DNA of 64,000 nucleotides from Octopus sinensis (lineage: Eukaryota), in assembly GCF_006345805.1 (NCBI RefSeq), contig NC_043001.1, positions 52,514,001 to 52,578,000 on the forward strand. Reading direction: 5' to 3'. The notes beneath the pieces were generated by a model, which worked only from the letters and a program-made list of their open reading frames with translations, ran no database searches and had not been told where the DNA came from. Every line of letters starts with the position of its first letter. Positions within the stretch are counted from its first letter, which is position 1. Position numbers and translations under genes: made by a program. Shown in pieces: positions 11,868 to 25,018 of this stretch.

Positions 11868-13500
11868 ATTTTATTTCTATATACACATACATATACACAC
11901 GTACATATACACACACACGAAAAAAAACACGCACCCGCGCATACACATGAACGCACATATACCTCCCACATACACCACACACACACACACACACATACAT
12001 ACACATACATACACACATATACACGCACATACACGCACACACACATGCGCATACACGGGCACATGCACGCACAGGAATGCATATATACATCCACATAACA
12101 CAAAAGCATGCACACACTTACATACACACATGCTCATACATACACATGCACACAGACACACGCATACATACACATACACGTACACAAACGCACACACACA
12201 TACACAGAAATACACACGCACAAGAAGGCACACATACCTAACACACACAACCCCACGCACACACACTTATACACAAACACACACACATACACACACACGC
12301 ATATGTACGCGCGCATACCTCCCAAAAACACAACACATACACGCACACAATATACATAAGCATATACACACACGCACATACACGCACACACATACACACA
12401 TGTACATACATACATCTACGCACACAACATATACATATAATCACACACATACATACACATACGCACGCACATGTACACACACACACTCACGCATACACAC
12501 ATGCGCACACATAAACGTGGCGGATACAAACACAGAAATGCACACATACCTAACTGACACAACTCTAAGCACGCGCACATATACAACCTATATAAACACA
12601 CGCACACGTACACACAGGCATGCACACAGGTACACGCAACTATACGCACATGCACACACACACACACACCCTCGCACTCGCATACAGGCACAAACCGCAC
12701 AAAAATACACATATACCTATTTCTTTATTACCCACAAGGGGCTAAACACAGAGGGGACAAACAAGGACAGACATAGGTATTAAGTCGATTACATCGACTC
12801 CAGTGCGAAACTGGTACTTTAATTATCGACCCCGAAAGGATGAAAGGCAAAGTCGACCTCGGCGGAATTTGAACTCAGAATGTAACGACAGACGAAATAC
12901 CGCTAAGCATTTCGCCCGGCGCGCTAACGGTTCTGCCAGCTACATATACCTCCACACACAAGCTCTCGTTCAGATACACAAATACATACGTACACACATA
13001 CACAACTCATGTACACACGCACATACACTCACACGCACACACAAGCGCACATACATACACACACGCACACGCACATGAACGCACACATGCATCCAACACA
13101 CACCAGACACTCATACATACACGTACAATTTACACAGATATAGGCATATACATACACGAACACACACGCACACACACGCACGCACACGCAAGCACACACA
13201 CTAAGGAAGGCACATTTACTCCACATACACAGTCCGCACACACATACACACCTTTCTGCTTACCATTCCTCTACACACATGTGAAGAAACACAACTACAC
13301 AAAAGACCGCCACTCCTGTTACCATGCTACTGAATTCTTCCTACCACATTAAGCGACACAAAGTTCCCTCACACATTCCCATATAAAACTGACAAAACCA
13401 CACACAGACCACAAAGAGTGCACATACACACGCATACGCACACACACAAACACAGACACAGACTACCGCGCACGCACATGCCCACACATACACACCACAT
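11868..13500. repeat. Compound (CA)/(TACA)/(CGCA) low-complexity tract with an inserted SINE
   Basis: Degenerate CA-rich sequence; source of the spurious His/Thr-rich ORFs. Confidence 0.9.
12719..12941 (-). mobile_element. tRNA-derived SINE family B, well-preserved
   Basis: Reverse complement: GCTGGCAGAACCGTTAGCGCGCCGGGCGAAATGC..GAGTTCAAATTCCGCCGAGGTCGACTTTGCCTTTCATCCTTTCGGGGTCGAT. Confidence 0.85.
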
Positions 13501-13700
13501 ATCTCCTCTTACACTTTCCTGTCTTAGAAAGAACTTTTTCTTCACTCATACCCTTCCGGTCATTTCAAAATGTAACCACACGTGAATCATTGGCGTTTTT
13601 CTTCCTCCGTCTTCTTTTCTATTGGACTTTCCTCTATTTCCGAAGAAGTGCGTTGTTTTTTTTTTGTGTTTGTTCTTCGTTTTTATGGATTTACAATATA

Positions 13701-13769
<69 letters not shown>

Positions 13770-13842
13770 CTCTGATACTGAGTTGAGATGATGCCTTCTA
13801 GTATCTCAAAATTTAATATACAATTATTCATAATTGTAGTGT

Positions 13843-13933
13843 CCTACGCTGATGAGAAAAGAAGTTGGGTAAGATAGAATTATCTAATTCTTATGCTTTC
13901 CTAAAACTTGATTTCGAAACGTACGTACGTAGG
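13843..13933 (+). ncRNA. Type I hammerhead ribozyme with a 60-nt stem II domain
   Basis: CCTACG-CTGATGA-GAAA..(60 nt)..TTTC-GAAA-CGTACG-TA-CGTAGG; perfect 6-bp stem I, palindrome ACGTACGT, GUA site after 13927. Confidence 0.8.
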
Positions 13934-14514
13934 TGACTTAAAATTGTATGATAGATTGCCGTCATTTCATTCTCTCTTACCTGTCTGTGTTTGCCTTTCA
14001 AGTGCTGTGTTTTTACTGAGATCTCCCTTTTAGTAGAAAGAATAGCTATAACTCTTTGACTGCTGTTTCTAAATTCGGTGTGTGGTGAGGCAATTCGTTG
14101 CTAAACCCTTAATTGCTTAGTATATATATATATATATATATGTATATAAAGAGAGAGAGAGAGAGAGAGAAATTAGAGAAAAACCACTATTATGTAATTC
14201 AAACAATGATAGACATAAAACATATCATATAGTAAAAATAAAATATATGATAAAACATTTATTTAGATAAACAAAATGTACATAATACTAAATAAACAGT
14301 ATATAATAAGTAAAAAGACTACGTACTTAACATATCGCCAATTTAGTATAACTCCAAACTTAAAGGGATTTTTCCCTGTAAGTTTGGAGTTATACTCCCT
14401 AATATTACTAATAATAATAATATATATATATAAATATATATATATATTAGAAGGTTTGGAGATGATGTACAGGTATTTAGCTCATTTCTTCTAATATATA
14501 TATATATATATAAG

Positions 14515-14728
14515 CAATAATAAATCTCTGTACGAGGTATAAACAGTAGCTGCACGACTTCGTGAAATATATTTGCCCCCTAAATGTTGCTAAACTTTAA
14601 GGGTTGATGCTACTGTAGCTTGTAGCCCCAGGAAGACATCTAGAGGAGATGTCTTCCTGGGGCTACAAGCTACAGTAGCATTGACCCTCAATGGTTAGCC
14701 ATATTTTTGTTGCAAATATACTTCACGA
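14515..14728. repeat. Fold-back repeat related to the 4545-5144 element
   Basis: 14515-14552 matches 4541-4578; palindrome 14560-14728 has 82-bp arms (35 bp perfect) around loop AGAGG. Confidence 0.8.
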
Positions 14729-14748
14729 TATATATATATATATATATG

Positions 14749-14945
14749 TAGTAAATCCAAAAAACAATAACTAACACAAGAAAACGACAACAATGCGAGG
14801 ATGTGGTGCATGTAAAGTATTAGCTGGCGTTCAGGGAAGGAAAGAAAGTTGGTTTAACGTTTCGAGCAAAGCTCTTCTTCAGAAGCAGAGGAAATTCCAA
14901 TAGAAAAGGATGACGCAGGAAGAAAAAATGATTCACATGTGGTTG
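14749..14945 (-). mobile_element. Short pLTR-like repeat (family D) with HHR
   Basis: Homologous to 25236-25440, 36590-36752 and 63610-63800; abuts (TA)n. Confidence 0.7.
14852..14886 (-). ncRNA. Minimal hammerhead ribozyme (extra A after core, GUU site)
   Basis: Reverse complement: GCTT-CTGAAGA-A-GAGC(TTT)GCTC-GAAA-CG-TT-AAAC. Confidence 0.6.
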
Positions 14946-15164
14946 ACCTTCTAATATTATAAAAATTCAGACTTTATATGAACATACCGATCATATTTCA
15001 TAAAAAGCAAAGGGTTCCGTTATTGAATATTCATGCGATGAATTCAAATAATACTGAGGGGTTATGCTTCTGTACGAATAGGCAGACTGCCATCATGTCA
15101 AATAAGATGTGTTTCCATTTATTTTAAGCCTGTTTTCTTAGATACACTCACGCATGGACATGCA

Positions 15165-15197
<33 letters not shown>

Positions 15198-17479
15198 GTC
15201 TATCTCTGTCTCTCTCTTTCACACAGACAGAAGCACATTTTTTACTATGTATCAGCATTATTGACTATTTAAGTAATTATGTAAATTTAGCACATGTAAA
15301 TATGACATGAAATAATTAAAATTATTATTTCATATAATAAATGGAATTTCATATTTCAGATAAACAGAAATAAAATCGAGTTGATTCTATTAGTTTCTCT
15401 ACTATTACTAATGTTAACATAGTAAAATACATTCAAATGGCGATACGTTAAATATCAGTTTTGCAAACTTATCAGGCTAATTACATTCACTTTGACACAT
15501 GCTTGAAGTTTTATGCAATTACTATTATATTCTAATATAATTAATTTTTCACAATATTGCTGTTTTCAAAACTTTTATTGCTTTGGAATATTTTGATTTA
15601 TTAATGAAAAAGAAATAGCTATTTAGAAAATTAGTATTGAATGTAAAATTGATTTCAACAGAGTCGCTGGATCGCTATTTTATAAATATATCTGATAGCA
15701 TGGGATTAAGCCTGGCTTATAGTTTAAATTATCAGCCCCGATATAGTAAAATTATTTCCGATCTGCATTGTTGAAAATATTTAATCTAAAATAAGGACAT
15801 ATCTTTTCGTAATCATTTTCTCGCGTGAACCTCAATGGTATTGAAGAAATCATTAGCAATGTTCTTAGAATGGTGACAGCCATTCAAATGCACAAAAGTT
15901 GATAAGATTTGCCGAGAATCACAAGAGATTAAACGATGAGAGTTTTGTCAACATTTCTCCGCTCTCCGAGGCATTGATATTTGTTATTTCAATTCTGACA
16001 AAATATATTTATTTCTGAAGGATTTATCTGCAAATACTGATATCTCAAGGAATTTGAAATTCCCCTGTCTAAATTTCATTATTGTTTGGGTGAAAAGAAT
16101 TTTCTTCTATGCTAGTGCATCCATAATAGAAACAATATAGCGACAGACAGTATACAGAATTGCTTTTTTACCTTTAATATCAGTAATTTATTTTTGTTTT
16201 TGATAAAAAAAACTTCTCTTCATTAAAAGATATAATTCAATATCGTACTACTATTTCGCTGATCTATTATAACACATCAGTGCAAAGTGTACAGTAACAT
16301 CTTTCTGATTATTCATTTCCTTACGCAAAGAATAGTATTATGCATAACTGTTATGACTAGTAATTGATATATCTATCGAGTGCAATCATCAGATATTTAT
16401 TTATTCAAAAGCTTTAACAACTACAGACAGTATTTATGTACGAATAATCAGACTAAAGCATTGATTTATTTGTATTAGATCATTGTTTGTATTAAATATG
16501 ATCTTCGATGAATTTTCATAATTGGAACAACTCAATAACTATGGATTTTACAAAAAGTATTATGATTCATACTATTTCTGAACTGGGAACTAATTGATTT
16601 CCAAATAACTGTACAACTTTTGGTATCTTTAAACCCGGAATAGATTACGCTAACCATTCTTTGGTATAATATGATCACATATTAAAGATCATTGCAATCA
16701 ATACCAGGATGAAAACATCCTTGTAATAGACAAATGAGAAGTTGCTGCAAGTAGGTAAAACACAATACACAGTGCAGAAATGTTGATTAACACTACTTGT
16801 TTTAAAAATACATTCTTCGTGTTTGAGTAATTCGCTAAATTCCACCCGAATAATTGAGTGTTGCACTTCGTATCGAATCAAATCCTGCTCTAATTCACCG
16901 ACTTATCAATGTGATATGATATCTGTAAAGAATTATATTATTGAAACTTTATTTTAGTTTGGGCATCAAACTGACTTTAGATTGAACATCAAACTGCCTT
17001 TCGATTCATTATTATTTTTTACTATTCTAATGTTTAAAGCTTAATTAACAGCCCCTGACAATGCTTGCATTATGAAGCCTATTTTATAAATGGCAAAAAA
17101 TACTTCTAGTAAACTAAACTAACATATTTCAATTTAGCTCTAGAGACTGCAACTTAGCATGCAGCAAGGTATGTGTCGTTATTTAACGAAGAATTGTGAT
17201 TTGCAATAAAATGTATGTATAGTAATTGAAGAAAATTATTACACAAGTGAACGATGAAGATTTGACTAGGTATCCATCGAAGTATCGAGGTTTTACACCA
17301 TGTTACTAAGAATAAAAAAAAAAGATCTAAAACTCATTTATTTAATTCTGTAACATGTAATATGTTAAGTATAATATGTAGAGTTGTCTCATACATATGT
17401 CTTATAAATTGCAAAATTAAAATGAAATTGTTGTGCTACTTGAGATCAGAGCATTCATTTATACATTGTTCTTTTCTAT

Positions 17480-17652
17480 TACAGGCACAAAGCTCCAAAT
17501 TTTGGTGGAGAGAGCTAATCGATTATATCGACCCCAGTGTTCAACTAGTAGTTATTTTATCGACCCAAAGAGTGACGAAAAGTAAAGTCGACCGTGGCAG
17601 AATTTCATTACAAAACGTAAACGTGGACGAAGTGCCGCTAAGCATTTTGATT
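17480..17652 (-). mobile_element. SINE family B, diverged
   Basis: TCGACCCCAGTG..TTATCGACCC..AAAGTCGACC..GCTAAGCATTT. Confidence 0.65.
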
Positions 17653-20600
17653 TATGGAATAATAACTTTCTATACTAACTAAAGAATATTTTGTATAACC
17701 ATTCTTCCCAGCACTACCACCGTCTTTAAAGTTTAGACAATGTAATTTATCCAATCTTCTGTAACTAATAATGTCTTATAGGAATTCGATTTCTCAATAT
17801 TAATTAAATATTTATCGTAAGAACTGCCTTTTACTTTACATAACGTGTTATGAAGAACAGATTTTCATTTAAAGTTTCAATAATATATTAAAAATAAAGA
17901 ATTAAATAAAATTAGCTAATTCCATTTTCGTTATACTGATAAGCCTAATTGGTTAATGTGTGCAACAGATTTAAAGATGAATCAATAAAATTACTGACTG
18001 AGCATGGTAGCTTTGGCTTACACAGTAACTGTTCTAGTCAACATCTTTTACAGCTTTTCTTTTAGTTTTGTATGGTTTGATTTAATATCTTGTGCAGACT
18101 TTACAGAACCTCACTTTATCCGATTTTCCGGGCACTTGCAATCATTTCTAGATCAGGAGCAGGTATGGTGAATTTGATTCCCTACCTTGTTGCATTAGCA
18201 GCTACACGATAGTCTCATCAGAGTAGTTTCAGTAATAGCAGTGGTAACCGAAGAAATTAGTAGGGATGACGATGGGGTGGAATTCATAGTGATATTGCTA
18301 GTGGTGATGGCGATCATAGTGGTTGTAGTGGGGAGCATTGTAGTAGGAATAGCAGCAATTGTAGTATCATATTTACAAATGGAACAGTTGCAAAAAATGG
18401 AGTAGTACTAATATTAATAGTATGAAACTCGGGGCGGAATAATAATGAAATTTTTGAGTTTAGTGGGAAAGAGATACCTTGAAATAAGGACAACACAAAT
18501 TCTTTACATCTGATTAATTTCATTTTTCGTACTTCTAAAGAGAATATCGATAATATTTGTGTTCCTTCCACCAATTCCACACAATAGCTTTATCCAAATA
18601 ATAAACTATTAAACTGCATATTTATGAATTATTTTGGTCTATTAGATGTGGAATTCTGAATCGTGGATTGGTTAGCACAGTAAGAGATTGCTTTTTTAAG
18701 CGCAGTAAAATCAATAATAAGAAGCTACAAAAAGCTACAAAATCAACTCAAGAAGGATATCACTTTTGTCATAGACGTTCCTGTATTTTCAATTATAGAC
18801 TATATCTTTTGTCTTGAAGGGCTATCAGACGGTCATACCCTTATTTCACAGTAACACATTTTCCTTGTAGCTTGGTGACTGTTAATGGTTGTTTATGCAA
18901 CCACTGATATCTGGTCACTTTTCCTTTTGTCCTTCTAATAGGGTTTAGTAAGTGTATCCTAGGTGCCGCTGTAGCAGACATAATAAATGTGTCTAACGTA
19001 TTCTAAATGTCTGACAATAGACTACATATTTTCCGAATGCGTTAATATGATGTTGCATCTGTCTTTTGACGACGGTTGTCGCTCTGAAAGATATTGTTAT
19101 ATTCCAGAGTCATCGATAGAAAGGTTCTATCTGGTAGTTTAATAAACCCAGTCGTAGCGTTATTGCACTCAAAAGGTTGGATCGTTTTAACGTCCACTCA
19201 GTATCATAGTATAATTGCTATATCAGCAGAGACACGACTATCAACACAGTCTACACGTAATCCTGACCTTTTGCTCCTTTTGCTGTCGACCGGCAACTGG
19301 TCAATTTATAATTGCTGGCTATAACCAATTTTTACCGCGGTGGGGAGTGTACAGTTTCACTAAACAACATATGGGTTGAGTGAAATCATAGCATGTAGTA
19401 TATTTATGATACATTTCATTTAAGGATAAAATTTTCTTAATGTCAGCAGTTAGAGTTTAAGGTTTTAATAACGCAAGCTTCTTGGCTACTTTTGGAAATT
19501 AACAGGAGAAACTTAGAAATGCTTTTAAGCAAAAATCCGTTTACTAGTAGATGACGGAAAGGAAACTTCATGGAGACCAACAAATGGGCTAGATAAATTG
19601 AAATTCTCCGTAGTAGTTTAAAAAAAACAATAAGCAGTTGGTATATTAAAGAGTGAAGTTAGGAAATAATTTTATAGTGTTGATAAAGATCTTGCGCTAG
19701 AGAACAACATTAAACAGAGGAAATTACAAAAGTCATCTCAAATGATGTACATGGAACATCATTGTGTTTCAGGCACTAACATCAATGCAGAATATGGAGA
19801 TTGCCATACTTGAGACTGGACAGGCAAATGAGTACAAATGAAGGGCCTTGAAGACGTCTGAAGTGCATTCTGAAATAGATGCGTCTTAAAAATGGACACT
19901 TAAATATATTTTTAGTTAATCATACTGGACATGGCCAAGCCTCTTCGCGAAAAATGTGTGCCGTTATGCATTGAAAATTAATCGACTGTTTTGTTAGGAC
20001 TAGCAGAGGACAGTGAAATTCAATACTGGCTACGAAGCTTGTTGCAGTTTTCAACAGCAATGGGGAGAGTATTCTGAAGACTGTAAAGACGGCTGCCATA
20101 CTCAATATAATGAATAGATTCGAATTGAGAAAAATCATTAAGTGTAGACTGAGCACTTGGTTTACCCTCTGAAAGCATTCGATATTTTCTTGGCTTACAT
20201 CTTTAGTAATTGCTAACATATTAATTATGTTTGAAGTCAGGCTCATAATGTTTCACGGAGGTATATTTTTTCAAGTATGTAGTCTGAAGTTTAGACTAAT
20301 AGTTTGGGAAATTTATCACCTTAACTCAAGAATAATTAAAGCAAACATGTATCACTTATCAAATAGTATATACTTATTTATTTGAAGTATTTTTCTGTAT
20401 CCAGTTACCATACTCATGTATCAACATGACATACACCTGCATCGGTTATAATCTTAAATCATTTTAATGTCTAGCACAACAGCTACAAATCATCTGATGC
20501 AAGCCATACAGGTTCTCTTTTGTTCTTTAATGTGGAATTGCTTATAATTTAAAAAAAAATTGTCTATGTAACTTCGTGCCCATTTCTGAATTCATTATAA

Positions 20601-21325
20601 CATGTTGAAATTGACAAAAATAATTATTGTGTTTCCTTTCAAATTAAAAGCAAATATAAATATTAGTTTCAAAGTTTGTCACGATCCCAGAAGCAAATAT
20701 AAATATTAAAATAAAGGAAATGAGAAAGTTATAAAAACAAAACAACTTGTGCTTAGACTTCATTTATTGAAATCTTTTGTAACACGTAATGTTAAGTGAT
20801 ATTAAGTTGCTTTAGCTATTGTTTTACTTAGGACACTGACATGTTGATATTTTCAAGAACGTTGTTCTCTCTAATTTTTAGAGGGAAGGATATCACTGTC
20901 CCTTTTGAAGTAAAGGGATTTATGTATAATGGTTTGTCTCGTTACTTCTGTAAGCCTTGCATCTTCACTTTCTCTTCTACATACACTCAAACATATAAAT
21001 ACATAGTCACCTACATATGCACAGATTTGCAGAAGCATACATACGCACATGTACACACACACACACACACACACACACAAGCACATATTGCATAGGCAAT
21101 GGGATTGGTACTTAGTTATTTGCGAAATTATTGGGAAAAACCGTTCCATGTAATTGAAAAGAAAATTACCCAAAGACAAAAAGAAAAAGAAAGAGCGGTG
21201 GAAATCGCAACGCAAACAAGCTAATTATCCCTTGATTCTATAAAATAGGAGTAATATACGGCTACAACAAAAACTTCATTCAAAATATAGAATCGTCGAA
21301 GTCTAGGAAAAGTTTGAGACATAAG

Positions 21326-21384
<59 letters not shown>

Positions 21385-21386
<2 letters not shown>

Positions 21387-22505
21387 GAAAGCATCATACT
21401 CAGTCACAAAACAGGCAAAGGAATATCTAAGTGAATTCCGAATACAACCAATTTCGGAATTAGAGATAGATATACAAGAAACAAGCACAGAAAAAGCTAG
21501 GCGCATGAAAACCCGTGCCAAAACTGCGGCCTTAGATATTCTGAATAATAAATGGCAAGAAAAACCTCTCTATGGCAAATACCCAAAGAGAGCGAATAAT
21601 GCAGATATCGACAAAGCCCTGACCCATCAATGGTTAATGGCCTCTGGCTTAAAATCTGAAACAGAGGGGTTTATCATAGCAGCTCAAGATCAATGCCTAC
21701 CAACAAGAAACTACCAGGCCAATATATTAAAGAACGGCAGTAGCCCAACATGTCGTGTATGCCGACAACAAAATGAAACCATTGACCATGTTGTCTCCAA
21801 ATGCAGTCTTCTAGCGCCTACAGAGTACCTCAGTAGGCATGATAGAGCTGCACAATATATTCATTCGGTAATTTGCAAAAACCTGGATTTGCCCCATGAA
21901 AAAAACTGGTGGGAACATAATCCACCTCCTGTGCTTGAAAACTACCACATCTCACTCCTCTGGAACTTCACAATTCAAACTGACAGGAAGATAGATGCAA
22001 ATATGCCAGACATTATATTGAAAGACTTCAGACAAAGAATATGCCTCCTCATTGATATGACTGTCCCAATCGATATAAACGTATCTATCAAGACCTACCA
22101 AAAACTGAGCAAATATAAAGATCTTGAAATAGAAATCAGCAAAATGTGGAAGCTGAAGACTAAAACAATAACTGTTGTCATAGGTGCCCTGGGAATGATA
22201 GCGAAAGGGACTGATTGCTACCTAACTCAGATACCAGGAAACCCCAAAATGGCAGAAATTCAAAAGATAGTGCTCATGGGAACTGCTCATATCGTACGCA
22301 AAATACTCTCTATGTAATCCCAAGGTTTAAAACAAACTTTTTATTTATTTATTTATTTTTTTTATGTATTAGACATTCACTAGTACAACACCAAAAGAAA
22401 AAAAAAACCCAAATATATGGCACAGAACTTCCAACCTGTTGTCTCTTGAGGTCTCTGGGTGAGACTTGGAGCCAACTTGTACAGACATAAAGCAAAAGTC
22501 AAACA
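21385..22505 (+). mobile_element. R4/Dong-like non-LTR retrotransposon, 3' part, inside an (AAT)n array
   Basis: REL-type ORF end plus 3' UTR, flanked by (AAT)n at about 21325-21382 and 22508-22620. Confidence 0.85.
21505..22317 (+). CDS. C-terminal zinc knuckle and restriction-like endonuclease of an R4/Dong LINE (5'-truncated)
   Basis: LKSETEGFIIAAQDQ, CRVC..ETIDHVVSKC, RHD, PDII..LIDMTVP, KLSKYKDLEIEI and VVIGALG. Confidence 0.9.
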   Translation: MKTRAKTAALDILNNKWQEKPLYGKYPKRANNADIDKALTHQWLMASGLKSETEGFIIAAQDQCLPTRNYQANILKNGSSPTCRVCRQQNETIDHVVSKCSLLAPTEYLSRHDRAAQYIHSVICKNLDLPHEKNWWEHNPPPVLENYHISLLWNFTIQTDRKIDANMPDIILKDFRQRICLLIDMTVPIDINVSIKTYQKLSKYKDLEIEISKMWKLKTKTITVVIGALGMIAKGTDCYLTQIPGNPKMAEIQKIVLMGTAHIVRKILSM

Positions 22506-22507
22506 TA

Positions 22508-22567
<60 letters not shown>

Positions 22568-22568
22568 C

Positions 22569-22618
<50 letters not shown>

Positions 22619-22994
22619 TGATAGTAATAACTTTAAAGACATTACAGTTTTCTTTGTGTGGACAAAGAAAAGACCATCTTTGGTGAATCTTAAAATTTTC
22701 TGTGAAAATTTGACTCTTCTTGTTGCCTTTTCTTTCCCTTCTCCCTGAGTATTCAAAAATTTAAGCATCCTTTTTATTTCCTTTTTATTGCAAAAATACA
22801 ACTGTTTTCTCTAGCTGTACATACAAACGAATATCTCTAGAAAAGTTAACTTCAATTTCTACAATATTACCTTTATTTTCTCCCTGACTACCCAAAATAT
22901 GCAAACATACCTTTTATTGCTATAACAGAAATGCACGTGGAAAAAATAATAATGAGAATAATAATAGATTTTCTTTGGTCGCACACAACTTCTC

Positions 22995-23218
22995 TATTCA
23001 CAAATACAGAACAGAATAAGTCAGCCCTTCCTTAATTTTCTTAAGGTCAAGGTCACTGTGGCTGTCGTTCGCTGCTAGTAGTAGTAGACATTTGAACTCT
23101 TTATGACCGATCGGAACCCATCTCACTTTAAAAAAAAACATTACATGAGCCGCACTTACTACTACAGCTGCTGCTGCTACTACTACTACTACGACTACTA
23201 CTACTACTACTACTACTG

Positions 23219-23252
<34 letters not shown>

Positions 23253-23420
23253 AACTACTGCTGCTGCTGCTGCTGGTGTTGCTGCTACAACTGCTGCTGC
23301 TATCACTGCGGCTGATGTCACTACTACTACTATTACTACCACGGCTGCTGCTGTTGCCGCTGCCACTTCTGGTACTGCTGCTGTTGCTGCTGCCACTACT
23401 ACTACCATTACCACTGCCGC
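22995..23420. repeat. Mixed (TAC)n/(TGC)n trinucleotide region
   Basis: Visible triplet runs at 23155-23420. Confidence 0.8.
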
Positions 23421-23562
23421 TGATATTTTACCTGTGAATTTGCGTGTGTAATCTGGGAATGCATACCATGAGCTTCTCTACCCTACGTGTACGTAAAACA
23501 CTCGGCGAGAAATGGAAAAAAAATTGAAGAAAGTGAAAATAATAATAATAATGATGATGATG

Positions 23563-23658
<96 letters not shown>

Positions 23659-23669
23659 TTAATTAATAA

Positions 23670-24020
23670 TACAGCCCCGATGCAGTACCAAGCAGGGGCT
23701 TTCATGGCTTATTATCTTAACTGATTGGAAGTGTTAAAATGTATATTCTTTTGTCTTGGCATCAAAGAAGAGCTACAACAAATTTTCTGCTCAATACCAC
23801 AAATTTGCTTGCCTGTTGTTTTACCTTATCCATTTGAGCACATCCCATCGTGGCTGACGATATGTGCATCTCTGATCAGGAGCAGAAGTAGTGGGGAAGT
23901 ATCATAGTCATGAGAGTAATTCTTTGGGGATTGGATAATTCCCCTCTAGAAATATGGGTGATTCGTTCACCATCCTTAAACAACTCTTACTCAAGGACCT
24001 TTTGACCTGAAGTTTTTTGC
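23670..24020 (-). mobile_element. Probable 3' end/UTR of a non-LTR element with an (ATT)n tail
   Basis: Unique-looking segment ending in the (AAT)n array at 23540-23665; family not assigned. Confidence 0.35.
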
Positions 24021-24039
24021 TATTTTTGTTAAGAGATAG

Positions 24040-24570
24040 ATAAGTCTCAAATTCGTAGATTTGAAATAGTTCTTTCTTGGAAATATAGCATCATAGACAG
24101 CTCGAAATATTAATAGATTACTTCATTGTAATGTTATTACACAGCAGACGGCATCAAATTGGTTTGCAAAATTTCGTTCTGGTAACTTTGACCTCACAAA
24201 TGAGCAACGCAGTTGACTAGAAACATAAGTGGATAATGACAAACTGAAAGCCACCGTGATGTCAGGTCATCTCAAAGTGCCTGTGAAATACTGCTGTCGT
24301 TTGTTGTTAGCAAGCAAACAATATTGCCTCACCTACTTCAAATCGGTAAAGTGAAAAACTTGGATGTGTTCCACATGAACCCAATGAAAATCAGAAACAG
24401 CAACTTTGGAAGCATGCATTCTGCTATTTTTTTATCACAAAAATGAATAATTTTAAATCGAATTGTAACAAGTGATGAAAACTGGATCCAATACAAAAAC
24501 CAGAAAGGTTCAGCACAATGGTTGGACAAAGTCGAGACACCAAAACATAGTCCAAAAGGCAAGGATGCAC
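24040..24570 (+). pseudogene. Mariner transposase fragment
   Basis: WFAKFRSGNFDL and LNRIVTSDENWIQYKNQKGSAQWLDKVETPKH (first catalytic Asp region); multiple disruptions. Confidence 0.85.
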
Positions 24571-24849
24571 GGATTGTAGTCGAATCAAGAAAGAATGGTC
24601 AGGCTTGCCCGAACACTGGTCACGTGGAGAGAGAGGAGAGAGGTAGGGTCACAGGGATAGAACAATTAGGGACGGACGAGAATAAGAAAAGGGACAGAGT
24701 GAAGTGAAAGGGGAGGGGGGAGAAGGAAGAGAAAGCCAAGAAATGTGAGAGATGGGGAATGAAAAAAGAAGAGGGGAAAGAAAGAAGTAAGTGTGAAGGG
24801 GCTGATAGAGTGAAAGAAAGAATGAAAGAATCTGAGAGTCGTACAATGC

Positions 24850-24894
<45 letters not shown>

Positions 24895-24935
24895 GAAAGA
24901 ATGGACTCGAACGACGATTTAACAAAATTCCTTTA

Positions 24936-25018
24936 TTCTCGACATATGTTTCGAAGACTGCATATTCTCAATTCCGAAGGAATAAAGGGTGCATTATGCC
25001 GCCTTCTCATCAGGAAAG
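24936..25018 (-). ncRNA. Type I hammerhead ribozyme with a 54-nt stem II domain
   Basis: Reverse complement: CTTTC-CTGATGA-GAAG..CTTC-GAAA-CATATG-TC-GAGAA; palindrome ACATATGT, GUC site. Confidence 0.75.

Noticed and set aside
11818-12783. 321-aa His/Thr-rich ORF and overlapping Cys/Val-rich ORFs
   Set aside because: These are translations of the (CA)n low-complexity tract. The same applies to the poly-IY, poly-I, poly-L and poly-S ORFs elsewhere.
18190-18230. CTGATGA on the minus strand
   Set aside because: No stem II-GAAA-stem III arrangement with a matching stem I.
20068-20105. GAGTAT-T-CTGAAGA..ATACTC hairpin
   Set aside because: Lacks the GAAA and the NUH site.
19920-20246. 108-aa ORF, and other short ORFs in 15300-20700, as host exons
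   Set aside because: No recognisable domain or convincing splice structure; a BLASTX or RNA-seq check would be needed.
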